64,000 bases of DNA from Azolla caroliniana (lineage: Eukaryota > Plantae > Polypodiophyta): NCBI GenBank assembly GCA_043228905.1, contig JBHGNT010000009.1, positions 20,894,001-20,958,000 of the forward strand, given 5' to 3'. Position 1 is the stretch's first letter, and every line of letters begins with the position of its first letter. Both the position numbers and the translations under genes were made by a program. The notes under the pieces were generated by a model. It was not told where the DNA came from and searched no databases. It saw only the letters and a program-made list of their open reading frames with translations. Of the stretch, positions 49,517 to 62,553 are shown piece after piece.

Positions 49517-52500
49517 TTAAGGTGCTAAACGCTCCATCACCCAGGTTTGGCCATTCCTTGTGAATCGCAATCTAAAAAACGGAAATGAACAAAAATATGA
49601 TGAAGTTAACTCCTTAAATCAAACTGAGAGTTATACAAAGCTTGAACCATATCTCTTTGCAAACCTGTCATGGAGACGGGATTCTCTCCCCTGCCAGAAT
49701 TCTATTGCATCCGGTTTCAGTCTAAAACCACCCCAATGGTCGGGTTTTGGGATGGGATCCCTGAAAGACCCCCATAAGCATGTTAGTAACTAACCACAAA
49801 AGGAAAATGTATCCCAACTCAACTAAAGAACCAGAAGATTATACAATGCAATAGTTTTTTAGTTCTAAAATTTGGTTAATACAAGCCAATTTAAATAAAA
49901 GAACTACAGAGGATTATGCGAGTCATTAGCTTTTGAGTATTTTGATTTGATTAATAAAAGAGACAATAAACGAAAAGAGCTTTAGATCAAATTGGAACAC
50001 TTACACATTAGCATATTTTTCAGATATTTCCTTGTACCTATCATCTAGCGCTTGTCTTCCAGGTAAAACTGTGCTCTGTGGCACATGTAACACAATTATA
50101 AAAATAATAATTTTGAACTATCCAATAGAAAACTCTAATAGAGGAGTGGAAGTATACCTGAGGGCTAACTAAAGCTCCAATCTGACTTCCACGAGGCCGG
50201 CTGTTGAAGTAATTTTCTGACTCTTCAGCTGAAACTTTCTCAACACTCCCTTCTACTCGAACCTGCCAATCACGGAATTAAAGAGAATTTTAAGAAGTTT
50301 AAATATAGGTCTTGGACATTCACCATTTGACGGGCGTTTGGCCTATAACTTCTGACTATGCTATGTAAGAGTTGGAACTTGGGAATCCAAAGAAATTGTC
50401 TCTCGGATTATACGACTCATGATTACATAAAGTTACATTACCACTATCCATCTCATCAGTAAAAAAATGTATATTTGGTTTTGTCACCACCAGAAACAAA
50501 GTTCCTTTGCATATGCATCCCCGGTCATGGGGGAGATAATGGGACTGGATGGGTGGGGATCCTATAGTATCCTTAGGTCATAATTGCCTACAACATCACC
50601 TTACGTTATGGTGTGTCTCTTTGGCTGTTTATGCTTTTTTCTTAATGTGTCACTAAAATGCATCATACAGTCAATCTGCCTGATTGCTAAATGTATCCAA
50701 ATACCAGAGCTTTAGAATTCAATCAGTAATGATCCAATCTACAAACCATTACATTAGACTATGAACTACCTGTCGATGAAGATCGTTCCAAAGGAAAACA
50801 ATTGAAGCCCGGGGATTTGATAACAATTCTTGAGATTTTCTACTTCCATAATTTGTATACCTACAAAAGAATATGTATTAAGATGTTGGCATTGAACCAC
50901 ATGATTCTCTTCAGCTGAAATACTGTGTTTTACCATACGAAACCGTTTTCATCATAACCTTTAAGCAGGACCACTCGAGCAGACCTGGCAGATGCACAGT
51001 CTCAGATTAGAATAGAAATCATTCTAATTAACCACTTACTATTAACAAACACATAATATTTGAGCTTGCATGCATACGGGTGGCCTTTAGTATCAGCCGT
51101 TGCTAAAGTCATCGCATTGGGTTCTGGCAGGCCTGTAGCAACAGCATCTTCAAACCACTCTTGAAACTGTTGAAAAACATAAAGAAATTCTAAGCCCTGT
51201 ACGTATTGCTAAAAGATTGTAATGCTTTAAACTTTTCAACATCTACCTGTTTGATGGGATCAGACTTTACATTCTCCTCAAGGAGGACCGCACCAACATA
51301 GTTTTCACGCAATGCTGCAACATCAATTTTGGGCGGCTTTCCTATCCTGACGCACATATCTGTGCCTGGATAAGGAGGGAGATGCAGATTATATTTCTCC
51401 ACTATTGATGGTGGCACAAACCGACCACCAAGGAAGTGATGATCGCCCTTAAATGTTTTCGCACACAACTTGGGTGCAGTCAAAGACACCTATGAGATCA
51501 AAGATTAAAGAAGCCTTTTATACATGTACACATGCATACATGTAAGAAGCCGATAAACTGAAGCTCAGAATGGAAACTATTAACATGTAAGGCTTAATAC
51601 AAGATTTTGTCTACATAAATAAATCAAATCATTCGTCAGTTAAAAGAGTAGGTTTTCGATTACATACAAGCATTTTGGGCTTCAAACCAGTTCCATTCTT
51701 GTCTCCTTCCTCAACATCCCACCCTGAGGGGATATCCACAGAGACTATTGGAACACCTTTGTTTGACTCTGTCAAGATTTGAAGTATTTTATCAAAAGGC
51801 GGCCGAGCTTTACCTGTAGAGTACAAGTTCAAGATTACGTTTGGATGATAAATCAGAAAATTCCTGTTTGAACACTTTCTGACTTTTTCAGATTGAGAAT
51901 TCTTTTGAACTCACTCCAAAATAAATTAACACGGCTGCACTAATAGGTTCACGATTTCACTTCAACCAATATGGCTATATGGCTTAGTATCCAGATCCAG
52001 CCTTAAACAAGGTGCCCTCATCCTGGCAGCCGTTAACAATATAAGTAGTGACAGCTATTAACAAAATAAGTGGTGATACCTTTCCATATAGCAAATATAC
52101 TCAAACTAATATTTCCTGGCCTGTACCTTACTAATCTCATAAGGACCCCCCTGCAGTAACCCAATGCATTTCGTCATAGAATTGTGCAAACTATCAATGG
52201 TGCTTCGTCTTGCCATTGATCAGATCCCAGTCTGGCTATATGGCTTAGTACCCAGATCCCAACTATCAACAATGTGAGAAGCTACCTCGTTCCATGCATC
52301 AAATATGCTCGAACTAATACTTCCTGGCCTGTACCTTAGTAATCCCAAAAAGAACCCCCTGTAGTAACCCAATGCATTTCATCATAGAATTGTGCAAACT
52401 ATCAATGGTGCTTCATCTTGCCATTGACCAGAACAAACTGAACCCAGTATGGCTATATGGCTTAGTACCCAGATCCAGCAAACAGGCTGACCTCATCGTG

Positions 52501-55500
52501 ACCGCTATTAACAATGTACGTGCTATATCCTTCCATTCAAAAAATATACTCAAACTAATTCTTCCTGGCCTGTACCTTCTAATCTCAAAAAGAAGCCCCT
52601 GCAGTAACCCAATATATTTCATCATAGAATCATGCAAACTATGCAACGTTGCTTCATCTTGCCATTGATCAGAACAGACTGACCACAATATGGCTATATG
52701 GCTTAGTACCCAGATCAAAAAACGGGCTGACCTTATCGTGACAGCTATTAACAATGTAAGTAGCTATACCTTTCCATACAACAAATATACTCAACCTAGT
52801 ACTTCCAGGCCTGTACCTTCTGAATCTCAACAAAAAGGCCCTGCAATAACCTAAAGTATTTCATCATAGAATTGTGCAAATTATCAATGGTGCTTCATCT
52901 TGCAATTGATCAGAACAAACTGATCCAGCGAGTAAATAGGGACATGCCACAGACAGAGAATGTAAAGAAAGAGATTTATGATTAATAGAACATCTAAAAT
53001 AAAAATTAACATTGTGTATACCTTTTTTTCTTTCCTTTATAGAAGTAACAAAAGAACTCAAGGTCCCAAGAAAGTGGAATATGGCAATTTATAATGGGTG
53101 ATAGAAATCAGCTCATAAATCATACTAACATTATGCTAGCTTCCTCATCCATTCCCTCTGTCCCCGCCTCTTTTTTTGTATTAGGGCTATATCTTCATGC
53201 CCAGATGCCACCCAATAATCTAAGGGTCAAATATGTGACCTTGCGGTCTTCCCCTACTCATCCTTCCATTACTGTTAAGTTTGAAAGAGAAAGTTCAAAA
53301 AACAATACCATGAAAGGAGAATCCAAAAATGGCGTCCAAAATTACATCAAACTCCCCTACAGAATCTGCAGTTAGCTGTTCAGTTGCCAAAAAAGGTATT
53401 GAGAGGTTTTCAAGCTGTAGAAATCAAAGAGATGTCTCAGTAATTGCCATTTCTGAAAGATCATACACAAAAAATAACCAAGTATAGCAAGTTGTTATGC
53501 AATGTGCACAAATGAGGTTAATTATAGATCTCCACAAGTTATGAAAGGGGATTTGCAAACCTGAGTCACTAAACCATTGTAAATGGGCTTATCAGTGCGT
53601 TTTGGGTAAAATATTGTAGGCTTATAACCAAAGTGATGGAGATGTCTACTAGCAACAAGTCCGTCACCACCATTGTTTCCTGGTCCACATAAAACAAGAA
53701 TACGGCTATATTCTTGAACTCCATAAACCTGCAGTATCATTGAAAATATTTAATTATGAAGCGAATTTGCACAGACTTCAGCATACATGTGCATGATCGA
53801 ATTCTTACTATAATTAATGAAGTCTCTGCATGAATAATTGAGATTGATTCTCAATTACTTGGTTCTAAGATTGTAAAACAAAATTTCCTGTTGTTCAATG
53901 ATGTGTCTTCGTATCTGTTTCCATTCTTATATTTATCCCAGGTTAATAAAAAATGCCATGAATTATAGCAATCAGACAGTAAATGTGAAGGACTCAAAAT
54001 AATTGTGATATCTTCTGGCATGTATGACCTTGCACTTCCATTGCAAGGCTGTTTTTATTATATCCATATCCCACTGAGATTTAATAGCACTAAGAAACAA
54101 GATACTAAATGCTGTTAAAAGCTACTGTCATATGTGAGATATGATAATATTCACATGTAAATAAGGAAAATGGATTAAACTAGAATTTCTATTTTTTCAC
54201 TGAAAAAAGAGAGAATCTTGACCGTTAATGGCTCTTGGAACCCCATGTTAGGTGTAAAGGCCCGTAGTTCACAAATTAGGTAATTATTCGTATATGTGAA
54301 CACATTGTTCACTTGGACAGGACACCTCCTTTTATAATGTGAACACACCACTTTCTATGTAAGGTTAACTAATATAATAACCTTCTTTTTTCTTGTGTAC
54401 CAATCAAGGCGGTTGGGTACACCAAAGATCTGTGTGTCTCTACTCTTATCTCTACTACAGTCCTGTTTGCTGAACGTCATCTCTCAATAGCTGATCCGTC
54501 AAACATCCCTCTTTACCTTTAACTGGTATCAGAGCCAAATCTCTTTCCTCTACTTTGCTGTTTTTCTTTAGATTCAGAATCAGCAGAAAACACAGATTTA
54601 AAAAATAAAAAATAATAAAAAATAAAAAATCTGTCAGACCCTTTTCTATTGGTATTCTGCTCAATTTCTGAAGGCATCTGTCATAAATCTTGGGAGCAAT
54701 GGCCTCCACTTCAGCTGAAGTGAAAAACCTCTTTGAAATCAAGAGATTTGATGGAAAAGGTTTCGAATTGTGGAAAGAGCGTATGCTGGGCATCCTCTTT
54801 CTAAGAGATTGTGAAGATGCTCTCGTAGAAAAGAAACCAGAGAGCATGGAAAATGATGCTTGGAACACTCTGAATAAGAAAGCCATTACATATATTAAAA
54901 TGGCTGTTTCTGATGAAATTCTTGTAGATGTAAAGGGCTTGACTACTGCCCATCAAGTTTGGGAGAAACTTAAGAAAACTTACGAGAATACTACTCCTGT
55001 GAATCAGGTGCATTTGATGAGAAAACTTGTCAGTATGAGGCTTGATGAGTCGAAAGGTGCAACAGAGCATCTATCTTTATTCACAGGTACTCTCTCCCAA
55101 CTACAAGATTCAGGATTACCAGCTTTTGATGACAAGCTCAAAGCTATCTTCCTACTTATGACTTTACCGGATTCGTGTGAAACATTAGTTGTTTCACTAT
55201 CTAATAGCCCCACCTTGACCTTCGATGGTGTGCGGGGCTCTATTCTCAGTGAAGAGATTAGAAGACAATCTAGCGGAGAAGGTAGTGGTTCAGCATACAA
55301 TATTAGGGGGAGATATGATAAGAGGAACCCAAATGTAGGACAAAGAAATAGAAGTAAGAGTAGAGGGAAAGGAAAACAACAAGATATCACTTGCTATCAT
55401 TGTGGCCGTAAAGGTCATAAGAAACCTGATTGTAGATATTGGAAGATGGAACTAGAAAGGAAGAAGAATGTTGGAGAGAAGAAAAACAAAGAGGATAAGT

Positions 55501-58500
55501 TTAATACAACAGAGAAAGCTAATATGGCTTCAAATGTTATCATTGAAGAGCTATCTGGTGAAGATGGTGATGTACTTTGTATTACAGGTGATGCCTTTAT
55601 AGCTCATGTTCAAGACATGCAAATCACCAAAACAGATGTTATTGATGCTTTATTGTCAATCGATGATGGATTGACACAGACATGGATAGTAGACTCTGGG
55701 GCTTCGTTTCATGTTACTCCATGTTTGGAGTGCTTTACCACATTTGATGCAGGCAGTTATGGAAAAGTTTATCTTGGTAACAATAGTGCTTGCAATATTG
55801 ATGGTATTGGAACCATACACTTGTCTTTGGATAATGGTCAAGAACTTGTGCTCAAAGATGTTAGGTATGTACCTGGCATAAAGAAAAGTTTGCTATCTGT
55901 AGGACAGATGGATTTGCATGGTTACACCACATTATTCGGTGGTGGATTATGGAAACTAAAGAAAGGATCTATGGTTATTGTGAAAAGTTGCAAAAAGGGC
56001 ACTCTGTACTGTTTGCAATGTAAAGCTTTACCTGAAAAGTTTCTTGCTATTGCTGAATTCGACTCTCGTTTAGAGCTTTGGCATAAGAGATTAGGACATA
56101 TGAGCCAAAAAGGACTTGAAGTCCTTTCTGCTTTAAAAAGATTTGATGTTAAAGGATCAAAGCTGGTTTTTTGTAATGATTGTCTATTTGGCAAACAAGT
56201 GAGAAATTCTTATTATTCTGGTATCTCTCGTAAACCAAATGTGCTAGATTTGGTGCATTCTGATGTATGTAGCATGCCTGTAAAATCCTTGGGCGGTGCT
56301 GCGTATTTTATTTCCTTTATCGATGATTATTCTAGGAAGATTTGGGTGTACTTGATGAAAAGAAAAGGTGATGCATTTGATGCATTTAAATCTTTTCATG
56401 CATTTGTGACTACTCAAAAAGGGACAAAACTGAAATGTCTCAGAACAGATAATGGGGGTGAGTTTACATCTGCAGAATTTAAGTCTTATTGTGACTTACA
56501 TGGTATTAAAAGAGAGCTTACTGCTCCATATAACCCTTCATCAAATGGGGTGGCAGAAAGGTATAATAGGACCTTGTGTGAGCGAGTACGATGCATGCTG
56601 TCCACAGCTAATCTCCCTCATGAATTTTGGGGAGAAGCATTAAAAACCGCGGTTCATATATGTAATCGTTCTCCCAACAAGTCCTTAAAAAATGGAATCC
56701 CTGAGGAGGTTTGGTCTGGCAAACCAGCTTCATATGACCATTTACGAATTTTTGGTTGTGATGCGTTTGTACACATTAGAAGTGAGCTGAGAAATAAGCT
56801 CGATGCTAAGTCCACCATGGGCATTTTTATGGGCTATGGTGATGAAGGTGAAATGGGCTATAGGATTTGGTTACCTCAGTCCAGAAAAATTGTACGCAGC
56901 CGGGATGTTGTTTTTAATGAAGAAAAATTGCTGAAAAATGCTTGTTCCTCTGTTGGGAACTCTAAGAGCGTTACATTTCAGCAATTACAGCCATCCACAA
57001 AATCTGAAAATAAACCTCATGATGCTATACCAAAGGTTGAATATGATGGTCAACCGGTTATCTTTGAGCCAGAAGAAGTTGGACAGCAAAGAGATGCTCA
57101 TGAAGATATTGGTCAACGAGATGAAGGTACTGAAGAACAAAATATAGATGTCGAACAACATGCTGGACATGGTTCGCAACAGCCAGAAAGTGCTGAAAAT
57201 GATTTTCCTCCAGATTTAGAACCAATCCCAGAAAATACTGATCATTGGGTACGTAGGTCTAATCGTTCAAGGAGGCAGGTATATAGATATGACCCCTCTT
57301 TGCATTATGTCATGCTGTCAGATGAGGGTGAACCTCTTACTTATAAGGAGGCAATGTCATGTGAACTTAGTAGTAAGTGGGAGCTTGCAATGCAAGAAGA
57401 AATAAAATCTTTATATGCAAATGATACATGGGATCTTATGTCCTTACCTCAAGGAAGGAAAGCTCTTCCAAATAAGTGGGTTTATAAGGTAAAGGAAATT
57501 GAAGGGAAACCAAAATACAAGGCAAGATTAGTTGCCAAGGGTTATGCACAGAAGGAAGGTATTGACTTCCAAGAGGTCTTCTCTCCTGTTGTGAAGATGA
57601 CCACACTTCGTGTGCTATTTGCTCTCACTGCAATGCTTAATTTGGAGTTGTACCAAATGGATGTAAAGACCGCTTTTTTGCATGGTGATATTGATGAAGA
57701 GATCTACATGAAACAACCTGAGGGTTTTGTAGTCTCTAACAAGGAGCATTTGGTATGCAAACTAAAACGTAGCTTGTATGGCCTAAAACAAGCACCACGA
57801 CAGTGGTATAAGAAGTTTGATACTTTTATGCTTTCTCAAGGCTTTGATCGTAGCTATGCAGATCATTGTTTATACACGAAAAAGGATATCGATGACAGTC
57901 CTATCATACTTGTTCTATATGTGGATGATATGTTGCTAGCTGGGAAAAGAAAGACTAGTCTTGATGCTCTAAAAGATCAACTGAAATTGGTCTTCTCTAT
58001 GAAAGATTTGGGAAATGCAGAGCATATTTTGGGCATGAGAATCAGTAGAAACAGAAAAGACAAATTGTTGTTTTTGTCACAAGAAAAGTACATTGAAAAA
58101 GTGCTTAACAGATTTAATATGGCAGAAGCAAAGTCCCTTGGAGTTCCTTTGCCGTCATATCTTAAACTCAGCAAGGCTGATTGTCCAAAGGATGAGATGG
58201 AAATCAATGCTATGAAGGGAATTCCTTATGCATCAGCATGTGGTTCTCTAATGTATGCTATGGTAGCTACTCGTCCAGATATTGCTTATGCAGTGGGAGT
58301 TGTTAGTCGCTATATGTCTAATCCCGGGAAAGCACATTGGGAGGCTGTCAAGTGTGTTTTCAGGTATCTTAAAGGTACACAAAGAAAATGTTTATGCTAT
58401 GGGAAGGGTGCATTAAATTTGCAGGGATATTGTGATGCAGACATGGCAGGTGACTTGGATACACGTAAGTCTACTAGCGGGTATATATTTACAGTTGCTG

Positions 58501-60694
58501 GTGGAGCAGTGTCTTGGTGCTCCAAATTGCAAAAGATTGTAGCACTGAGTACTACTGAAGCTGAATATATTTCAGCTACAGAAGCTTCAAAGGAAGCTAT
58601 ATGGCTCAGCAGACTTGGTGAAGATCTTGGCATGTCTGTTAGTACTCCTGTGTTAGGATGTGATAGCCAGAGTGCTGTGTATCTGGCTAAGAATGCCATG
58701 TTTCATTCGCGCACCAAACACATTGATGTGCGACATCACTTTATCAGACAAGTTTTGGAGGATGGTCTAGTCACATTGACCAAGATCAAAACACAGGATA
58801 ATCCTGCAGATATTCTCACTAAAAGTCTTGGCAAAGCTCAACATGAGCATTGCATACAGTTAGTGGGAGTTACTTGAATGTTCACATCGGACCTTTAAGT
58901 GGGAGGTTGTTAGGTGTAAAGGCCCGTAGTTCACAAATTAGGTAATTATTCGTATATGTGAACACATTGTTCACTTGGACAGGACACCTCCTTTTATAAT
59001 GTGAACACACCACTTTCTATGTAAGGTTAACTAATATAATAACCTTCTTTTTTCTTGTGTACCAATCAAGGCGGTTGGGTACACCAAAGATCTGTGTGTC
59101 TCTACTCTTATCTCTACTACAGTCCTGTTTGCTGAACGTCATCTCTCAATAGCTGATCCGTCAAACATCCCTCTTTACCTTTACCCCAATGACAACTAAA
59201 AATGAAAAACGGTTGCTCTAGAGAGAATAATCTACTAAAACAACATGATAAGAATCTTACTACCTCTCCTATAGCTGATGCAACACTCAACCCAGCCAGC
59301 TCCTGAAAGCAATGGAATATCAAAAATTTGTAGTAAGCAACCAAACGTAGAGTAATAATAAGAAATAATGTTGAACAAAAGCTCAATTTGAATGTAATTT
59401 GCACTCCCATTATTTGAAACCGTTTCAAAATTTTAAATTAAAGGTTCAGATACTTCTAGACTATGAGAAAAAATTTCATAAGAAAATAAACTGGAAATAG
59501 TTGATGAAAGTTTATCACTTTACTTAAAACTATTGTTTTTTGTTTACAGTTTCTGATCAATAATTTCAACAATCTTAGAATAAGGTTTATTAACATCCGA
59601 AAGTTCTTTTACCTTCAAATGTTAAGATAGTGGCTTATAAGTAGTTCCAAAAAGTTCAGATTTAGGTTTCTTACTTTTTCCAATAGAGTTATTGTTTTCC
59701 TTTGATATTTCTTCACAAATCATTTCAATACAAATTTCAATTGAACGTTTTACCTTCCGGTAGAACTGCTGTTTTTGGTTTACATTTGTTCATAAGTAGT
59801 TTCAACAAATTAAGATGAAAGTTTGTCACGTTATGGTAAAGATTACATTTTCCAAAGAATATGGTGGACGAATAGTCAGAGCTCGGGACTTACCATGAGC
59901 TGATCAATACTGAAGCCGATGGATCCCATTAGCTCTTCATCAATCGTAGCTGATTGAGCTTGAGAGAGGTAAGATATATAGTCAAGATCATGTATATGTC
60001 TGAGCGAATCTTCCATCTTCTTGCCTTGAACCACGTCCGTATACATACACCTTTGATTACTAAATATTCTCAAAGGAGGAGAAGAAGAAGAAGCCGAAAA
60101 AGAAGAATAAATGCGGGATACGGGATGAATAAAGCTTGAAACCGCCGAAAACTGAGATATAATGAAAAAAGAATGATAATAAGACAGAAATCAATAATCT
60201 CTATGTCTTTCCAAATTGATAACAAATGTATGACCAAGACTTTTACGTGCTAAGGCATGACATAAAAGCATTGTCTTCATACATTCATCAGAGATTGTAA
60301 CTACAAATAAAATGTACGAAGGTGATGATGTAGTGTTGGCAAAGCTTAGGGGCTTTAATCTTGATGGTCTGAAATAAACAAATATTTACACATAACTGAG
60401 CATTTTTGTTCTACAAAGAATCCAAAGGGTTTATCTTTACCTTTACAAAACTGATCATAGATGCAAAAGAAGAAGGAAAGAAATAGAATAGAGCAGATTT
60501 TATTTTTTTAGAGAAGAATTGGAAGGAACCTGAAACGGAGATTTTAGTATGGGGAAACGGAAGCGAGAAGAGACTCCTCTGCACTGGTCAAAACAATCGA
60601 AAGGTTAGGAGCGATAAAGAAGGTCAGGAGAGAATATGAGGGAGACTTACAGAGCGGAACGGAGGGGCGTGCAGAGGGCAGCTTGAATCGCCAT
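49517..60694 (-). CDS. PDX3: PDX3/PPOX1: NAD(P)HX epimerase (YjeF_N) fused to pyridoxine/pyridoxamine 5'-phosphate oxidase, 15 exons, 536 aa, with transit peptide
   Basis: Exons 60694-60651, 60578-60530, 60151-59894, 59302-59264, 53728-53561, 53414-53309, 51813-51668, 51489-51247, 51166-51078, 50984-50934, 50860-50770, 50262-50158, 50075-50005, 49760-49665, 49571-49517 (1611 nt, all GT-AG, in phase). Motifs [64 protein letters not shown]. Confidence 0.95.
51965..52925. repeat. Four diverged ~220-260-bp tandem units in PDX3 intron 6
   Basis: TGGCTATATGGCTTAGTA(C/T)CCAGATC recurs at ~51972, 52232, 52450 and 52691. Confidence 0.88.
54246..59183 (+). mobile_element. Intact Ty1/Copia (Tnt1-like) element in PDX3 intron 4, antisense to the gene
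   Basis: 276-bp LTRs at 54246-54521 and 58908-59183 appear identical; TSD CCCCA (54241-54245, 59184-59188); PBS TGGTATCAGAGC at 54524-54535; PPT ~58897-58907. Confidence 0.97.
54699..58877 (+). CDS. Copia gag-pol polyprotein (Gag-CCHC, PR, INT, RT, RNase H), uninterrupted
   Basis: [14 protein letters not shown]; [10 protein letters not shown]; LWHKRLGH; [25 protein letters not shown]; LYVDDML; [24 protein letters not shown]. Confidence 0.97.
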   Translation: MASTSAEVKNLFEIKRFDGKGFELWKERMLGILFLRDCEDALVEKKPESMENDAWNTLNKKAITYIKMAVSDEILVDVKGLTTAHQVWEKLKKTYENTTPVNQVHLMRKLVSMRLDESKGATEHLSLFTGTLSQLQDSGLPAFDDKLKAIFLLMTLPDSCETLVVSLSNSPTLTFDGVRGSILSEEIRRQSSGEGSGSAYNIRGRYDKRNPNVGQRNRSKSRGKGKQQDITCYHCGRKGHKKPDCRYWKMELERKKNVGEKKNKEDKFNTTEKANMASNVIIEELSGEDGDVLCITGDAFIAHVQDMQITKTDVIDALLSIDDGLTQTWIVDSGASFHVTPCLECFTTFDAGSYGKVYLGNNSACNIDGIGTIHLSLDNGQELVLKDVRYVPGIKKSLLSVGQMDLHGYTTLFGGGLWKLKKGSMVIVKSCKKGTLYCLQCKALPEKFLAIAEFDSRLELWHKRLGHMSQKGLEVLSALKRFDVKGSKLVFCNDCLFGKQVRNSYYSGISRKPNVLDLVHSDVCSMPVKSLGGAAYFISFIDDYSRKIWVYLMKRKGDAFDAFKSFHAFVTTQKGTKLKCLRTDNGGEFTSAEFKSYCDLHGIKRELTAPYNPSSNGVAERYNRTLCERVRCMLSTANLPHEFWGEALKTAVHICNRSPNKSLKNGIPEEVWSGKPASYDHLRIFGCDAFVHIRSELRNKLDAKSTMGIFMGYGDEGEMGYRIWLPQSRKIVRSRDVVFNEEKLLKNACSSVGNSKSVTFQQLQPSTKSENKPHDAIPKVEYDGQPVIFEPEEVGQQRDAHEDIGQRDEGTEEQNIDVEQHAGHGSQQPESAENDFPPDLEPIPENTDHWVRRSNRSRRQVYRYDPSLHYVMLSDEGEPLTYKEAMSCELSSKWELAMQEEIKSLYANDTWDLMSLPQGRKALPNKWVYKVKEIEGKPKYKARLVAKGYAQKEGIDFQEVFSPVVKMTTLRVLFALTAMLNLELYQMDVKTAFLHGDIDEEIYMKQPEGFVVSNKEHLVCKLKRSLYGLKQAPRQWYKKFDTFMLSQGFDRSYADHCLYTKKDIDDSPIILVLYVDDMLLAGKRKTSLDALKDQLKLVFSMKDLGNAEHILGMRISRNRKDKLLFLSQEKYIEKVLNRFNMAEAKSLGVPLPSYLKLSKADCPKDEMEINAMKGIPYASACGSLMYAMVATRPDIAYAVGVVSRYMSNPGKAHWEAVKCVFRYLKGTQRKCLCYGKGALNLQGYCDADMAGDLDTRKSTSGYIFTVAGGAVSWCSKLQKIVALSTTEAEYISATEASKEAIWLSRLGEDLGMSVSTPVLGCDSQSAVYLAKNAMFHSRTKHIDVRHHFIRQVLEDGLVTLTKIKTQDNPADILTKSLGKAQHEHCIQLVGVT

Positions 60695-60830
60695 AATCCT
60701 TCTCACAGCAAAGCAACAGGACTCCTACGAATTACAATATCTCGAGGAAACAGAGTGAATGTGTATGCAATTCGCCCACGAGTACACGTATACGAATACA
60801 TATACGTATATACACGTATATACAAAAATT

Positions 60831-61026
60831 TAAGAATCGGCTACGGTTCGGGTTCGGTTACGGCTTAACCGGGTTGGTTTGCGGTTTGGCCTTGTCCAAA
60901 ACCAAACCGGTTAAGCCTTAACCCGTTTGGGAGTTCCCAAACTTGAACCGAACAGCCCAAGCCGATTAAGCATTAACCGGTTTATCAGTTCAGTTCATGC
61001 TTGAGCCAAGCTATTGCCGATTCCTA
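60831..61026. mobile_element. MITE-like element (second copy at 61839-62047), probably hAT-related
   Basis: Imperfect TIRs TAAGAATCGGCTAC / (C/T)(A/G)TTGCCGATTCCTA; many AACCG/CGGTT motifs; no clean TSD. Confidence 0.65.
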
Positions 61027-62553
61027 GAAATATACACACATATATACATATATATTTATGTTTATAACAATAAATTTATTCATTTATTTTCTTGTTAACT
61101 TTGGCTTCGCAGTAGAACACCCATCCGATCACTGCTTGGCAATGTGGCGTGGTCTTCAATTATACACCTTGATTTAATCTAGCTAACTGTAGTGAGTTAT
61201 AGATGTTAGTACAGAGTTCAAGTGGTGAATCATTAACTTATATTGATGTCTGCCATATCCTAGCATGTTATTAAATTATACGCCTTGATCTTAATCTCAC
61301 TAATTTCAGTGATTTATAGATGCTCGTGTGGAATGCAAGTGTTGAAGCATTACTTTTTGATGTCTACAACTAAATTATACACCTTGATTTTTATCTCACT
61401 AACAAAATTGATTTATAGATGCTAATGTGGTACACAAGTGTCGAAGCATTGCCTTTTATTGATTTTTGCGAAACAACCTTACCAACATTACGAATTAAGA
61501 TGCTATTAATAAGAAAAATGATTATTTAGATTAAACAAATGAATGGTTTAAGGGTTTTAAACGGTCTCCCAAACAAAGGACAAAGAGACTTAGCGTAAAA
61601 TATCATCGGTGTCCTAATCACCAAATATTACCTTATATTATACCTTGTGTGTTGAGACGATAAGATATTAGAGAAAAGAGATTTGCCTCATCTATAGAGC
61701 CTTGAAGGTGTCTTTAGATATTGTATCGAGAAAAGAGAATTACAATATCTTGAGGAAACAAAGTGAATGTGTATGCAATTCGCCCACGAGTACACATATA
61801 CGAATACATATACGTATATACACGTATATACAAAAATTTAAGAATCGGCTACGGTTCGGGTTCGGTTACGGCTAAACCGGTTTGGTTTGCGATTTGGCCT
61901 TGTCCAAAACCAAACCGGTTAAGCCTTAACCCGTTTGGGAGTTCCCAAACTTGAACCAAACAGCCCAAACTGATTTACCAACGTAATTAAGCCTTAACCG
62001 GTTGGGCGGTTCAGTTTAGGCTTGAGCCAAGCCGTTGCCGATTCCTAGAAATATACACACATGTATATAGATATATTTATGTTTATAAGTTATAACTATA
62101 AATTCATTCAATTTTTTACCCGTTAACTTTGGCGTCTCACTAGAACACCCATCCGATCACTGCTTGGCATTGTGGCATGCTCTTCAATTATACACCTTGA
62201 TTTTAATCTACCCAACTGTAGTGATTTATATGCTACTGTAGAATGCAAGTGTCGAAGCATTAACGTCTATCGATGTTTGCCATAGCTTGGCATGCTATTA
62301 AATTATACATCATGATCTTAATCTCACCAATTTTATAGATGCTCGTGTGGAATGCAAGTGTTGAAGCATTACCTTTTGATGTTTGCAACTAAATTATACA
62401 CCTTGATTTTTATATCACTAACAACATTGATTATATAGATGCTAATGTGGTATGCAAGTGTCGAAGCATTACTTTTTATTGATATTTGCAAACAACCTTG
62501 TCAACCTTATGAATAAAAATGCTAATAATAAGCAAAATGATTATTTAGATTAA

